Shown piece by piece: positions 17,781-26,063 of a stretch of DNA of 27,544 bases. The position numbers and the translations under genes were made by a program. The stretch is taken from NCBI GenBank assembly GCA_964388035.1, contig CAYLZE010000026.1, positions 3,684-31,227 on the forward strand, written 5' to 3'. The stretch comes from an uncultured archaeon (GTDB taxonomy: Archaea > Asgardarchaeota > Lokiarchaeia > Sigyniarchaeales > SOKP01). Under the pieces are notes generated by a model. That model was not told the DNA's origin. It saw only the letters and a program-made list of their open reading frames with translations, and made no database searches. Every line of letters starts with the position of its first letter. The first letter of the stretch is position 1.

Positions 17781-19487
17781 TCATATATCTAATCTTTCAA
17801 GTATCCACTCTCTATCTATTAATATTATCAATGAACCAATTCGAGGCCCATTTTTTTCCCCTAAAATCACTTGATAAAGAGCTTGAAATAGTTTTTTAGG
17901 AGCAATGCGTAATTCTTCTTTTGCAATGGTAAACACTTTATTTTGAATCAAGTTTTCATCTAAATTTTCATTATCAAGTAAATATTTCCTGAGCCGTTTT
18001 ATCCCCTGCTTTTGAACTGGATCCAATTTATTAAGCAATTGGCTATCAATTTTTTCGGGAATTGTAAAAATATTAATTTTTTGTTCTAAACTATGCTTAG
18101 CTTTTTGATCTGTCTTTTCATTAATAATTTTTTTAACTTCTTCTATCCACTTTTTTGTACGATCTAATAACGCTTCAAATTCTTGTAATGATATTTGTTC
18201 TCCAAATCCATCTAAATTTAATAATTCATCTGCCTTTCTATATAACTTCTTTATACTTAAAATATTTTGAATTTGTGAGAAAAAAATTAGCATGTTAAAC
18301 GGAATTCTAACGGGTTTATTATCTGGAATTCCATTAATTTTAATAAGAGGATATAAATATTCAAGAAATGCTTCTTCTTCGTTTTCCTCCAATTGCTCTA
18401 AACCGTAATAAATATTTTCTACTTTTTCCAAGTAATCATAATATTGTGGTATTTCTTCAATTCTAAGTGATATATGTTTCATGGGATTAGTTCTTAACAT
18501 TAACATTCGAAATAACTCTGGGTCTGCAATCTTTAAGTACTTTTTAGGCGTAAAAACGATACCTTTAGAAGTTTTCATATCTCTATCCTCTAGCCTAACC
18601 CATTCATAAGCCACTTTGATCGGACCTATATAATTAAAAATTTGCTTACAAATTTCTAAACCACTATCATAACTACCCCCTTTAACACAATGATCTTTTC
18701 CAGCAGGTTCACAAGTAACTTTAAATATTGACCATTTGGCTGGCCAGTCTACTCTCCAATTAAGTTTTAACCTTCCGCTATAGATGGACAAGACACCACT
18801 ATTATTGCAAGCAGGACATTTATATGTAATTTCTAACTTTTTTTGATTAAAATCCGTGATTCTATTCGGCTTAATATTTCCATGTGAATCTCTAAATTGA
18901 ATTTTATCGCAATTTTCACAAATTGCCATGACGGGTGTCCAGTTTTTTTGCATTTCAAGAAATTTATTCTTTTTTTCATCACTTAAAGTTGGCAAAATAT
19001 AACTTTTGAGAATCATTTTGATGTCTTCTGTCCTTTCAAGTGCTATCTTGATTTTTTCTTGCATTTGTTTTTGTTTATATAAATTATGAGTCCAAATAAT
19101 TTGATTTTTAATACCATATTTTTCAAATGTATTTTGGAGTTCATTTCCAAAATGATATGCATAACTTTCACATTGACAATCAGAATATGGACAAGGTATT
19201 AAAGCAAAAGGTTTGCCAATATGCTTTTTCTGAAATTCTTTATCAATATATTCTGGAAATCTTTTGGCAGCATCTAGACTATCCATGAACAAATAAGAAT
19301 GTACAATTCTGTTCTTGGCTTCAAAAATTTTCCGAAGTGCATCGCAGATTAATATTTCTCTCAAGATTCCAATATGAATATGACCAGAAGGTGTTTTTCC
19401 AGTAGATAAAGTTATTTCTGATGGACTTCGTTTTTCTATTTCTTGAACGATTTTTTCTAACCAGTGGATTGGGTATTTTTCAGTCAA
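17781..19487 (-). CDS. lysS: lysine--tRNA ligase, class I
   Basis: HW.E, TPSGHIHIG (HIGH-like), KLNWRVDWPAKW, EPAGKDH, MKTSKG (KMSKS-like), GPRIG. Confidence 0.96.
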   Translation of the reverse strand: MTEKYPIHWLEKIVQEIEKRSPSEITLSTGKTPSGHIHIGILREILICDALRKIFEAKNRIVHSYLFMDSLDAAKRFPEYIDKEFQKKHIGKPFALIPCPYSDCQCESYAYHFGNELQNTFEKYGIKNQIIWTHNLYKQKQMQEKIKIALERTEDIKMILKSYILPTLSDEKKNKFLEMQKNWTPVMAICENCDKIQFRDSHGNIKPNRITDFNQKKLEITYKCPACNNSGVLSIYSGRLKLNWRVDWPAKWSIFKVTCEPAGKDHCVKGGSYDSGLEICKQIFNYIGPIKVAYEWVRLEDRDMKTSKGIVFTPKKYLKIADPELFRMLMLRTNPMKHISLRIEEIPQYYDYLEKVENIYYGLEQLEENEEEAFLEYLYPLIKINGIPDNKPVRIPFNMLIFFSQIQNILSIKKLYRKADELLNLDGFGEQISLQEFEALLDRTKKWIEEVKKIINEKTDQKAKHSLEQKINIFTIPEKIDSQLLNKLDPVQKQGIKRLRKYLLDNENLDENLIQNKVFTIAKEELRIAPKKLFQALYQVILGEKNGPRIGSLIILIDREWILERLDI

Positions 19488-19575
19488 ATTTTTTCAACAT
19501 AATGTTATTCTGTTTAGTTTATTTAATGATTAGATTTATTTATCATTTTTGATTTAATTCTCTAGTGAAATATTA

Positions 19576-21378
19576 ATGAGAATTGCCGTATTAGACAAAG
19601 ATTTATGTAAACCAGATAAGTGCAGTCCTTTTGGTGAAAAACCTTGCATAAAATATTGTCCGCGGGTTAGAACTGGAGATAAAACCATAGTATTAAATGA
19701 ACAAATCAATAAAGTAGAGATTACTGAGAGCTTATGTTCTGGCTGTGGAATATGTATAAAAAAATGTCCCTTTAGAGCAATAAGTATCGTCAATTTGCCC
19801 GATCAATTGAAAAATGAAATGACTTTTCGTTATGGCCTTGATCAATTCTCGTTATTTAGAATGGCGATCCCAAAAAGGGGGAAAGTCTTAGGTTTAATTG
19901 GACAAAACGGAGTAGGTAAAAGTACCTTATTAAAGATATTAAGTGGAGATTTGAGAATTAATTTTGGTACTTTTGAAAAGGATAAAACCAATTGGGATGA
20001 TATTATTGATTATTTTAAGGGATCAGAATTACAAGATTATTTTCTAAATTTAAAGAATAATAAGATTAAAGTAATATTCAAACCTCAGAATATAACTTCA
20101 ATACCTAAATATGTTTCAGGTAAAGTCTATGATCTTCTCGAAAAAAACGAAAAACCAGATCGTTTGGAGAAAGTAATAAGTGATTTAAATTTAGATGAAA
20201 TATTGGAAAGACCCTTGAATGTACTATCTGGAGGTGAATTACAGCGGGTTGCAATAGCTGCAGCTTTTTTAAAAGATGGCGATATTTTTTTATTCGATGA
20301 GCCGAGTTCTTATTTAGACATAAGTGAAAGAATTAATATGGCTAAATTAATAAGAAGTTTAACTCGTGAAAATAAAATGATCGTTCTTGTTGAACATGAT
20401 TTAGCTATATTAGATTATCTTAGTGATTATGTTTCTCTTTTATATGGGGAACCGGGAGTTTTTGGAATAATTTCACATCCACAGGGTGTAAGAGTAGGTA
20501 TTAATATTTATTTAAATGGTTATATCAAGGATGAAAATATAAGAATTAGAGAAGAACCCATCCAATTTCATGAAAAACCACCTCAAGAGTCCTTATTTGA
20601 CTCAGGGCAAGTAATTTTTTCTTATGATGATATGCAGAAGAGCTTAGGCGACTTTAATCTTACTGTTTCTGGAAGTGAAATACATGCTGGAGAAATAATC
20701 GGAATTTTAGGACCTAATGGCATTGGAAAATCGACTTTTATTAATTTAATTGCAGAGAAAGTAGAAACTAATAAAAGTAATGGGGAAACTGATTCATTTA
20801 AAATTTCGATTAAACCTCAATATATAAAAATGGAGGAATCTCTGCAAGTTTCAGAAACTATCAAAAAGATCAAATTATCTTCGTCTTTTAGTCAATCCTA
20901 TAAAAAAAGATTAATTAATTATTTGGATCTATCAAGTTTTAACGAACGTTTTATTTCTGAATTAAGTGGGGGGGAACTTCAACGAGTTGCTATCGCAGAA
21001 TGCTTATCCAAGGAAGCTGATTTATATTTATTAGATGAACCTTCTGCATTTTTAGATGTTGAAATGCGATTGAAGGTAGCTCAATTGATTCGAAAATCCA
21101 TTGAAGAAATAAAAAAAGCTAGTTTTGTTGTTGAACATGATATTATTACTCAAGATTTTATTGCTGATTCAATCCTGGTTTTTGAAGGGATTCCTGGTGT
21201 GGAAGGTAGAGCCTTGCCTTTAAAAAATCTTAGAGATGGTTTTAATTATTTTCTAAAACTTATGAATATCACATTTAGACGTGATGAAAACACAAAAAGG
21301 CCAAGGGTGAATAAATTAGGAAGTAATAAAGATATGTATCAGAAAAAAATAAATGAATATTATTTTATTCCGAAATGA
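19576..21378 (+). CDS. rli: ribosome recycling ATPase ABCE1/RLI
   Basis: N-terminal Fe-S domain (CKPDKC...C..YCP; CSGCGICIKKCPF), two NBDs (GQNGVGKST, GPNGIGKST), LSGGELQR twice, ITFRRD...RPRVNK..S.KD. Confidence 0.97.
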   Translation: MRIAVLDKDLCKPDKCSPFGEKPCIKYCPRVRTGDKTIVLNEQINKVEITESLCSGCGICIKKCPFRAISIVNLPDQLKNEMTFRYGLDQFSLFRMAIPKRGKVLGLIGQNGVGKSTLLKILSGDLRINFGTFEKDKTNWDDIIDYFKGSELQDYFLNLKNNKIKVIFKPQNITSIPKYVSGKVYDLLEKNEKPDRLEKVISDLNLDEILERPLNVLSGGELQRVAIAAAFLKDGDIFLFDEPSSYLDISERINMAKLIRSLTRENKMIVLVEHDLAILDYLSDYVSLLYGEPGVFGIISHPQGVRVGINIYLNGYIKDENIRIREEPIQFHEKPPQESLFDSGQVIFSYDDMQKSLGDFNLTVSGSEIHAGEIIGILGPNGIGKSTFINLIAEKVETNKSNGETDSFKISIKPQYIKMEESLQVSETIKKIKLSSSFSQSYKKRLINYLDLSSFNERFISELSGGELQRVAIAECLSKEADLYLLDEPSAFLDVEMRLKVAQLIRKSIEEIKKASFVVEHDIITQDFIADSILVFEGIPGVEGRALPLKNLRDGFNYFLKLMNITFRRDENTKRPRVNKLGSNKDMYQKKINEYYFIPK

Positions 21379-21868
21379 AATTATTTTCGCAAAAATGATT
21401 TGAACTTCCTTACTCTTTTATTAATTTAATTATTTACGTTAACCTTAGAAATTCTGTATTTTTATTTTAGTCTTATTCATGAATATTCAAACACCTTAAT
21501 TTCTATTGCAAAATTATAACATAATATTTCATTTATTTTTGAAGTTCAGGAAAGAAACAAAGAATAGAATATTAAACATTCAATAAAAATATTTAATAAA
21601 AATAATGGATTAATTTACTGGGATCCTTTTTTTTTAAATAGTATATATAAAATTATTTCTATTACATTTTTTTTAGTTTTGCAATCGAAATTATGCAGTA
21701 TATATTAATATTATATTATCAAATTCATTTATTCTGAGAAACTAAAAAGTATATTATAACTTTATAATGAAAGATTTAACTTTCCCTATTCCTGTATTAA
21801 ATCTCATTGTAAAAAACCATTAAAAATAGTGTTGATAATATTAACTACCTAAAAAGATTTCTTTGATT

Positions 21869-22090
21869 TCATATACCAAAAAAATTTTTTATTTTATCGA
21901 GAGAGTTGCTTGATTCGCCAATACTCCAATTAAGCATATCAGTTACTACAGTGATAATCATGAAAAACAGAAAAAGAGCAAATCCAATAAGTAATGCGTA
22001 CTCTGTCATATTACCTGCCCATTCATCAAAAAAAAAGGACCTAATTTTTTCTTTTATTAAATTTATTTTTTTTAGTAATTTCATAATCAC
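21869..22090 (-). CDS. Flp/Fap-type type IV pilin
   Basis: Basic leader ...FFFDEWA|GNMTEYALLIGFALFLFFMIITVV: Flp motif with E5-Y6, hydrophobic helix, about 48-aa predicted mature product. Confidence 0.8.
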   Translation of the reverse strand: MIMKLLKKINLIKEKIRSFFFDEWAGNMTEYALLIGFALFLFFMIITVVTDMLNWSIGESSNSLDKIKNFFGI

Positions 22091-22223
22091 TTTATATATT
22101 ATAATATTTGTTTATAAACCCCAATTTTTTTTAAAAATCTCGCTATTCATATAAATCGGTCAAAATGAGAATAGTACAAAAGAATCAGTCCAGAATTCTT
22201 ATATTAAACGATACATAATAAAA

Positions 22224-22628
22224 TTATTCGATATTAGATTTAATCTTAATAATTTTATCATTTTTAACGTTGAAATTATGCTTTTTCTGCCAATTAGCTA
22301 AATTATCATAAAAGTATTCAATATTAATATTTAGATATTTTAAAAAAGAATCTAATGGAATATAATTTGCGGTTGAAAGTATATTTACAATTTTTTTATT
22401 GATTAATTCAGGATTTTTTGCCTCTTCCTTTACTTTTTCTTCTTGTATTGAACTTTTTAATTCAATTAATTTTTCCATTAATTCAAGATTTTTCTCATCT
22501 CGAAAATAATTTTCAACAATGCTACTTATTACTTGAGCTTTTGTATTACCCAAAATACCTATCAATCGCTCTACTAAACTCATATTAAAATCGCTAAGAG
22601 TAACCGTTGTTCTACTAGTGTCTGTCAT
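22224..22628 (-). CDS. ribbon-helix-helix-like DNA-binding protein
   Basis: RTTVTLS (beta ribbon), DFNMSLVERL (helix), GNTKAQVISSIVENY (helix), plus a C-terminal helical domain. Confidence 0.65.
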   Translation of the reverse strand: MTDTSRTTVTLSDFNMSLVERLIGILGNTKAQVISSIVENYFRDEKNLELMEKLIELKSSIQEEKVKEEAKNPELINKKIVNILSTANYIPLDSFLKYLNINIEYFYDNLANWQKKHNFNVKNDKIIKIKSNIE

Positions 22629-22650
22629 TCCTTAGGTATTTTTAATATTA

Positions 22651-22709
22651 ATAAGAAATAATTCACTATTTCTTATGCTTATTTATGATATTATTACATA
22701 AATAAGCAT
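22651..22709. promoter_or_regulatory. two adjacent perfect inverted repeats (candidate operators)
   Basis: ATAAGAAATA-6nt-TATTTCTTAT (22651-22676) and ATGCTTATTTATG-9nt-CATAAATAAGCAT (22675-22709), between divergent RHH and wHTH genes. Confidence 0.6.
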
Positions 22710-22817
22710 CATTTATATATTAATCTGATCTTATTATTATATAAGTTAAAATGTATGAATTGCCATTTTAAAAAGTCGAAATTTTGTCGTTATATAAAAA
22801 AGTTGGAGGAATAATAA

Positions 22818-23066
22818 TTGGCTAACCAAATCTTGTTAGATTCAATTGGATCAGAGGAAATTTTTACTCCGATCCAATATAACATAGTAAAAGTATTAAA
22901 AAACAGAGGTCCCCTGACGAGAAAAGAACTTGTATTAAAGTTAAACACTCCAAGAACTACAATTTATGACAATCTAATCAAACTGCAAAAAAGAAAAATG
23001 ATTGAGAAATTTAGCAGAAATGATGGTAAAATTGGGAGACCCTTGGTTTTTTGGAAAATATCATAA
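22818..23066 (+). CDS. small winged-helix (TrmB-like) transcriptional regulator
   Basis: GPLTRKELVLKLNTPRTTIYDNLIKL....IEK......GRP..FW; GGAGGA RBS at 22805-22810 before TTG. Confidence 0.85.
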   Translation: MANQILLDSIGSEEIFTPIQYNIVKVLKNRGPLTRKELVLKLNTPRTTIYDNLIKLQKRKMIEKFSRNDGKIGRPLVFWKIS

Positions 23067-23370
23067 ATTTAAAAATTATTAATTTCCTATTTTTTCCTTA
23101 TATTTTTTAATTTTTATCTTGCTTAGAAGGACAACTTATTCATATTTCTAATCTTTATTTTGGGAATTATTTATCTTTTTAAATTTTTATTGTTATTTAA
23201 AGAACGTATTAAACACAGGAGTAACAATATCCTGATTAAAATGATATTTGAATAAAGTAATTTTACTTTTTTATAAAGATAAACATTTTAGTCAAAAATA
23301 GATTTGAAATCTATAAACCGAAAGACTCTATTATTATTTCTTTCTCCATTATCTTTAAAAAAGATAGGGA

Positions 23371-24189
23371 TTGAAAGTGTATTTAGAAGAGATATTAAAC
23401 TTATTAGAAAATGAGGTCGCCCCTAAAGTGTTTTATTCCAATTCAGAACCATATGGATTACAGTATGGTATAAAAAACTGTAAAGGGGTAATAAACAGAA
23501 TTATGATAACTGTTGATATTAACATTAAATCAATTCAATTCGCGCTTCAAAATAAAATTAATCTGGTTCTTTCTCATCATGGCTTAATCAATAACCCCAT
23601 TTTTTACTTTTCAAGAAATACCATTAAGAAAATTACAATGATTTCAAAAATTCCCATCTATATTTTTATAATGGGTATTCCATTCGTAGCTGCTATGGGA
23701 GGTATTTCAGATATTATTGTAGATGTTTTATTTTTAGAGACAAATGATACATTTAACGTGAGTAATTCTCATTCTAATGAGATACCAATAGGAAGAATTT
23801 GTTCCTCCAATTCATATTTATCGAAAGCTAAAAAATTAACAGTGGAAGATTTAATATTAAGAATTAAAAGAAATTTGAATATGAAAAATGTAACTTTCAT
23901 CGGAGATTTAAATCAATCCGTAAATAAGATTTTAGTAATTGGTCATGAAATTACGGATTTAGAATATTTAGAGAAAATTAAAGAAAAAGGTTGCGATTGT
24001 TGTGTTTGTTATAGAACAAATCATGTTATGGCTGATTATGCTTTAGATGAAAATATAGCTTTAATTGAATTATCTCATTATCAAGTTGAATTACTTGCTC
24101 TAAGAAGATTACTTAATATTCTAAGTTTAAAATATCCCAATGATGAATTTTTCCTATACGAATCCGAAGATCCATTCAAAATATTTTAA
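23371..24189 (+). CDS. Nif3/YbgI (DUF34)-like protein, degenerate metal site
   Basis: LE..VAP......YGLQ.G, IMITVD, SHHGL, IGRI, ELSHYQVE. Confidence 0.85.
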   Translation: MKVYLEEILNLLENEVAPKVFYSNSEPYGLQYGIKNCKGVINRIMITVDINIKSIQFALQNKINLVLSHHGLINNPIFYFSRNTIKKITMISKIPIYIFIMGIPFVAAMGGISDIIVDVLFLETNDTFNVSNSHSNEIPIGRICSSNSYLSKAKKLTVEDLILRIKRNLNMKNVTFIGDLNQSVNKILVIGHEITDLEYLEKIKEKGCDCCVCYRTNHVMADYALDENIALIELSHYQVELLALRRLLNILSLKYPNDEFFLYESEDPFKIF

Positions 24190-24429
24190 TCAATCTTGAT
24201 GCTTTTTTTCATTTTAATTACATGTCATTCTAAATACATTAGCATTAATATTTTATTCATTTAATATTACCCTAGGATGCTTTGAATTCCATCTGATGGA
24301 AATGCTTTTGTATATTTATTAAAAATATAAAGATTTATAGATAGATATTTTTTATATTACTACATGAATGAATTAAAAAATTCCTAATAGAAATTAAAAA
24401 TAATATTAAAAAATGCAAATATAAATACC

Positions 24430-25005
24430 ATGGTTGTCTTAGAATATAATGGTAAGGAACCAGAGATTAGTGATAAAGCATATGTAAGCCCCATGGCGAC
24501 AATTATTGGAGATGTTAAGATTAGTGACAATGTTATCGTATGGCCGGGTTCTATCATCCGAGCAGAGAATTCTTCTATACATATTGGAGAATTTTCAACT
24601 ATTTTTGATGGAGTAATGATGTTTTCTCGATCACAGAAAAGCTCAATTAATATTGGAAGATATTGCGTCATTGAATCCGGGGTATCATTATTGGGATGTT
24701 TTTTAGAGGATTATGTACAAATTTTAGAGGGGAGTTTAATTTATGAAGAAACTACCATAGGGGAAGGTGCAGTAGTTTTAAATAAAAGCCAAGTCCCTTT
24801 AGGATTCAACATACCTGCCCGAGCCGTTATGAGGGGGATTCCGGTTGAAACTGTTCGCGAGCAAACCCGAAATGATGTATTAGATCAGAAAGAGAGGGCA
24901 CATCATTATTCTCAGTTATTCACGAAAATAATAAATCAATTGCCAAATGCTCAAAGTTATTTACTAACTTTGCCCGATTTTTTGAAGTTAATGTTAAAAA
25001 AATAA
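24430..25005 (+). CDS. gamma-carbonic-anhydrase-like hexapeptide (left-handed beta-helix) protein lacking Zn-ligand His
   Basis: PEISDKAYVSPMATIIGDVKI...VWPGSIIR...IHIG; G.P...VR; C-terminal helix. Confidence 0.85.
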   Translation: MVVLEYNGKEPEISDKAYVSPMATIIGDVKISDNVIVWPGSIIRAENSSIHIGEFSTIFDGVMMFSRSQKSSINIGRYCVIESGVSLLGCFLEDYVQILEGSLIYEETTIGEGAVVLNKSQVPLGFNIPARAVMRGIPVETVREQTRNDVLDQKERAHHYSQLFTKIINQLPNAQSYLLTLPDFLKLMLKK

Positions 25006-25029
25006 GAAATAGTTAAAATTTTAAAATAT

Positions 25030-25923
25030 CTAAATCCTAACATTTAGTTTTTTTATCAATTCTTTATATCTAGATCGCAAGGTGACCTCTGTTACACCTA
25101 CTAAATTTGCAATTTCCTTTTGACTAACGCGGTGAGATTGAATTTTTGATACTAAATAAAGTGCCCCCGCGCATAATCCCTTTGGATCTTTTCCACTTGT
25201 AGAATATTTCGAAATGAACATTTGCAAGATCTTAATTGTCTTTTTTTCCGCATCAGCATTCAAGCCCAATTCAGCAATATACCGAGGAATGAGAGAAATA
25301 GGATCGGTTGATGGTGCTTTCAAATTTAGCTCCCTTATTACTGTTCTATAACACCTTCTCACATTTTTTGCACTTACTGATGTCTGATCTAAGATTTCTT
25401 GTAATGTTCGTGGAATTTTCTTCTCTCGACAAGCATAATATAAACAAGCTGCAACCATTCCATTGATTGATCGCCCACGCAATAATTTTCTTTTAAATGC
25501 TTCTTTATATAACCTAATAGCTGCCTTTTTCACATGATCGGGTAAATTTAAATTACTCCCTATCCTTTTCAGTTCGGTGGTAGCTATTAAGATATTTCTT
25601 TTATCCCAGGTCATCCTGGAATTCCATTTCGCAGCTCGTTTTAAATCAGGATTTTTAATATTAGATTTATCAATAATTGTTGATAAACCCATATCTGGTA
25701 ATAAAATAGAAATAGGAGAACCCGTTCTTTCTCTTTTTTCTTTCTCTTGTTTTGTAAAGGCTCTCTTTCCACTATGTGAAATATCTAAAATTCGATCATT
25801 GATGACTAATCCACATTGGCCACATACATCTTGAATTCTATCTTGAATTACTTTTCCCCCACATTCGGGACATAAACTGGTAAAATTATTGATTTCAGAC
25901 TTTATATCCATAAAAATTTTCAC
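25030..25923 (-). CDS. tfb: transcription initiation factor IIB (TFB)
   Basis: CPECGG...VCGQCGLV, RAF...RERTG.P, LLRGRSI..MVAACLY.ACR...PRTL.EI, TSGKDPKGL, SQKEIA...GVTEVTLRSRYKEL. Start GTG 25923 or ATG 25911. Confidence 0.96.
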   Translation of the reverse strand: MKIFMDIKSEINNFTSLCPECGGKVIQDRIQDVCGQCGLVINDRILDISHSGKRAFTKQEKEKRERTGSPISILLPDMGLSTIIDKSNIKNPDLKRAAKWNSRMTWDKRNILIATTELKRIGSNLNLPDHVKKAAIRLYKEAFKRKLLRGRSINGMVAACLYYACREKKIPRTLQEILDQTSVSAKNVRRCYRTVIRELNLKAPSTDPISLIPRYIAELGLNADAEKKTIKILQMFISKYSTSGKDPKGLCAGALYLVSKIQSHRVSQKEIANLVGVTEVTLRSRYKELIKKLNVRI

Positions 25924-26063
25924 ATTCTTTTAAATTATAATTATAAACAAATAAATCTATTAAATTTTAAAAATTAAAACTCTGTTATTATACGGTGGAA
26001 ATACTTTTGATCAACGTGACTGAAAAATTCCCAATGCAAATTATTAATATGATGGTTATATAT

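Noticed and set aside
21379-21868. 490-nt intergenic gap as a CRISPR array, ncRNA or hidden gene
   Set aside because: Extremely AT-rich, with no repeats, stable stems or credible ORF found by eye.
1019-25834. Antisense/shadow ORFs in the track (1019-1282, 4146-4346, 5709-5897, 6367-6555, 11543-11749, 13188-13400, 13706-13900, 16611-16814, 17476-17718, 19554-19793, 21906-22154, 24384-24671, 25577-25834)
   Set aside because: They overlap well-supported genes on the opposite strand or are translated AT-rich intergenic DNA, and carry no motifs.
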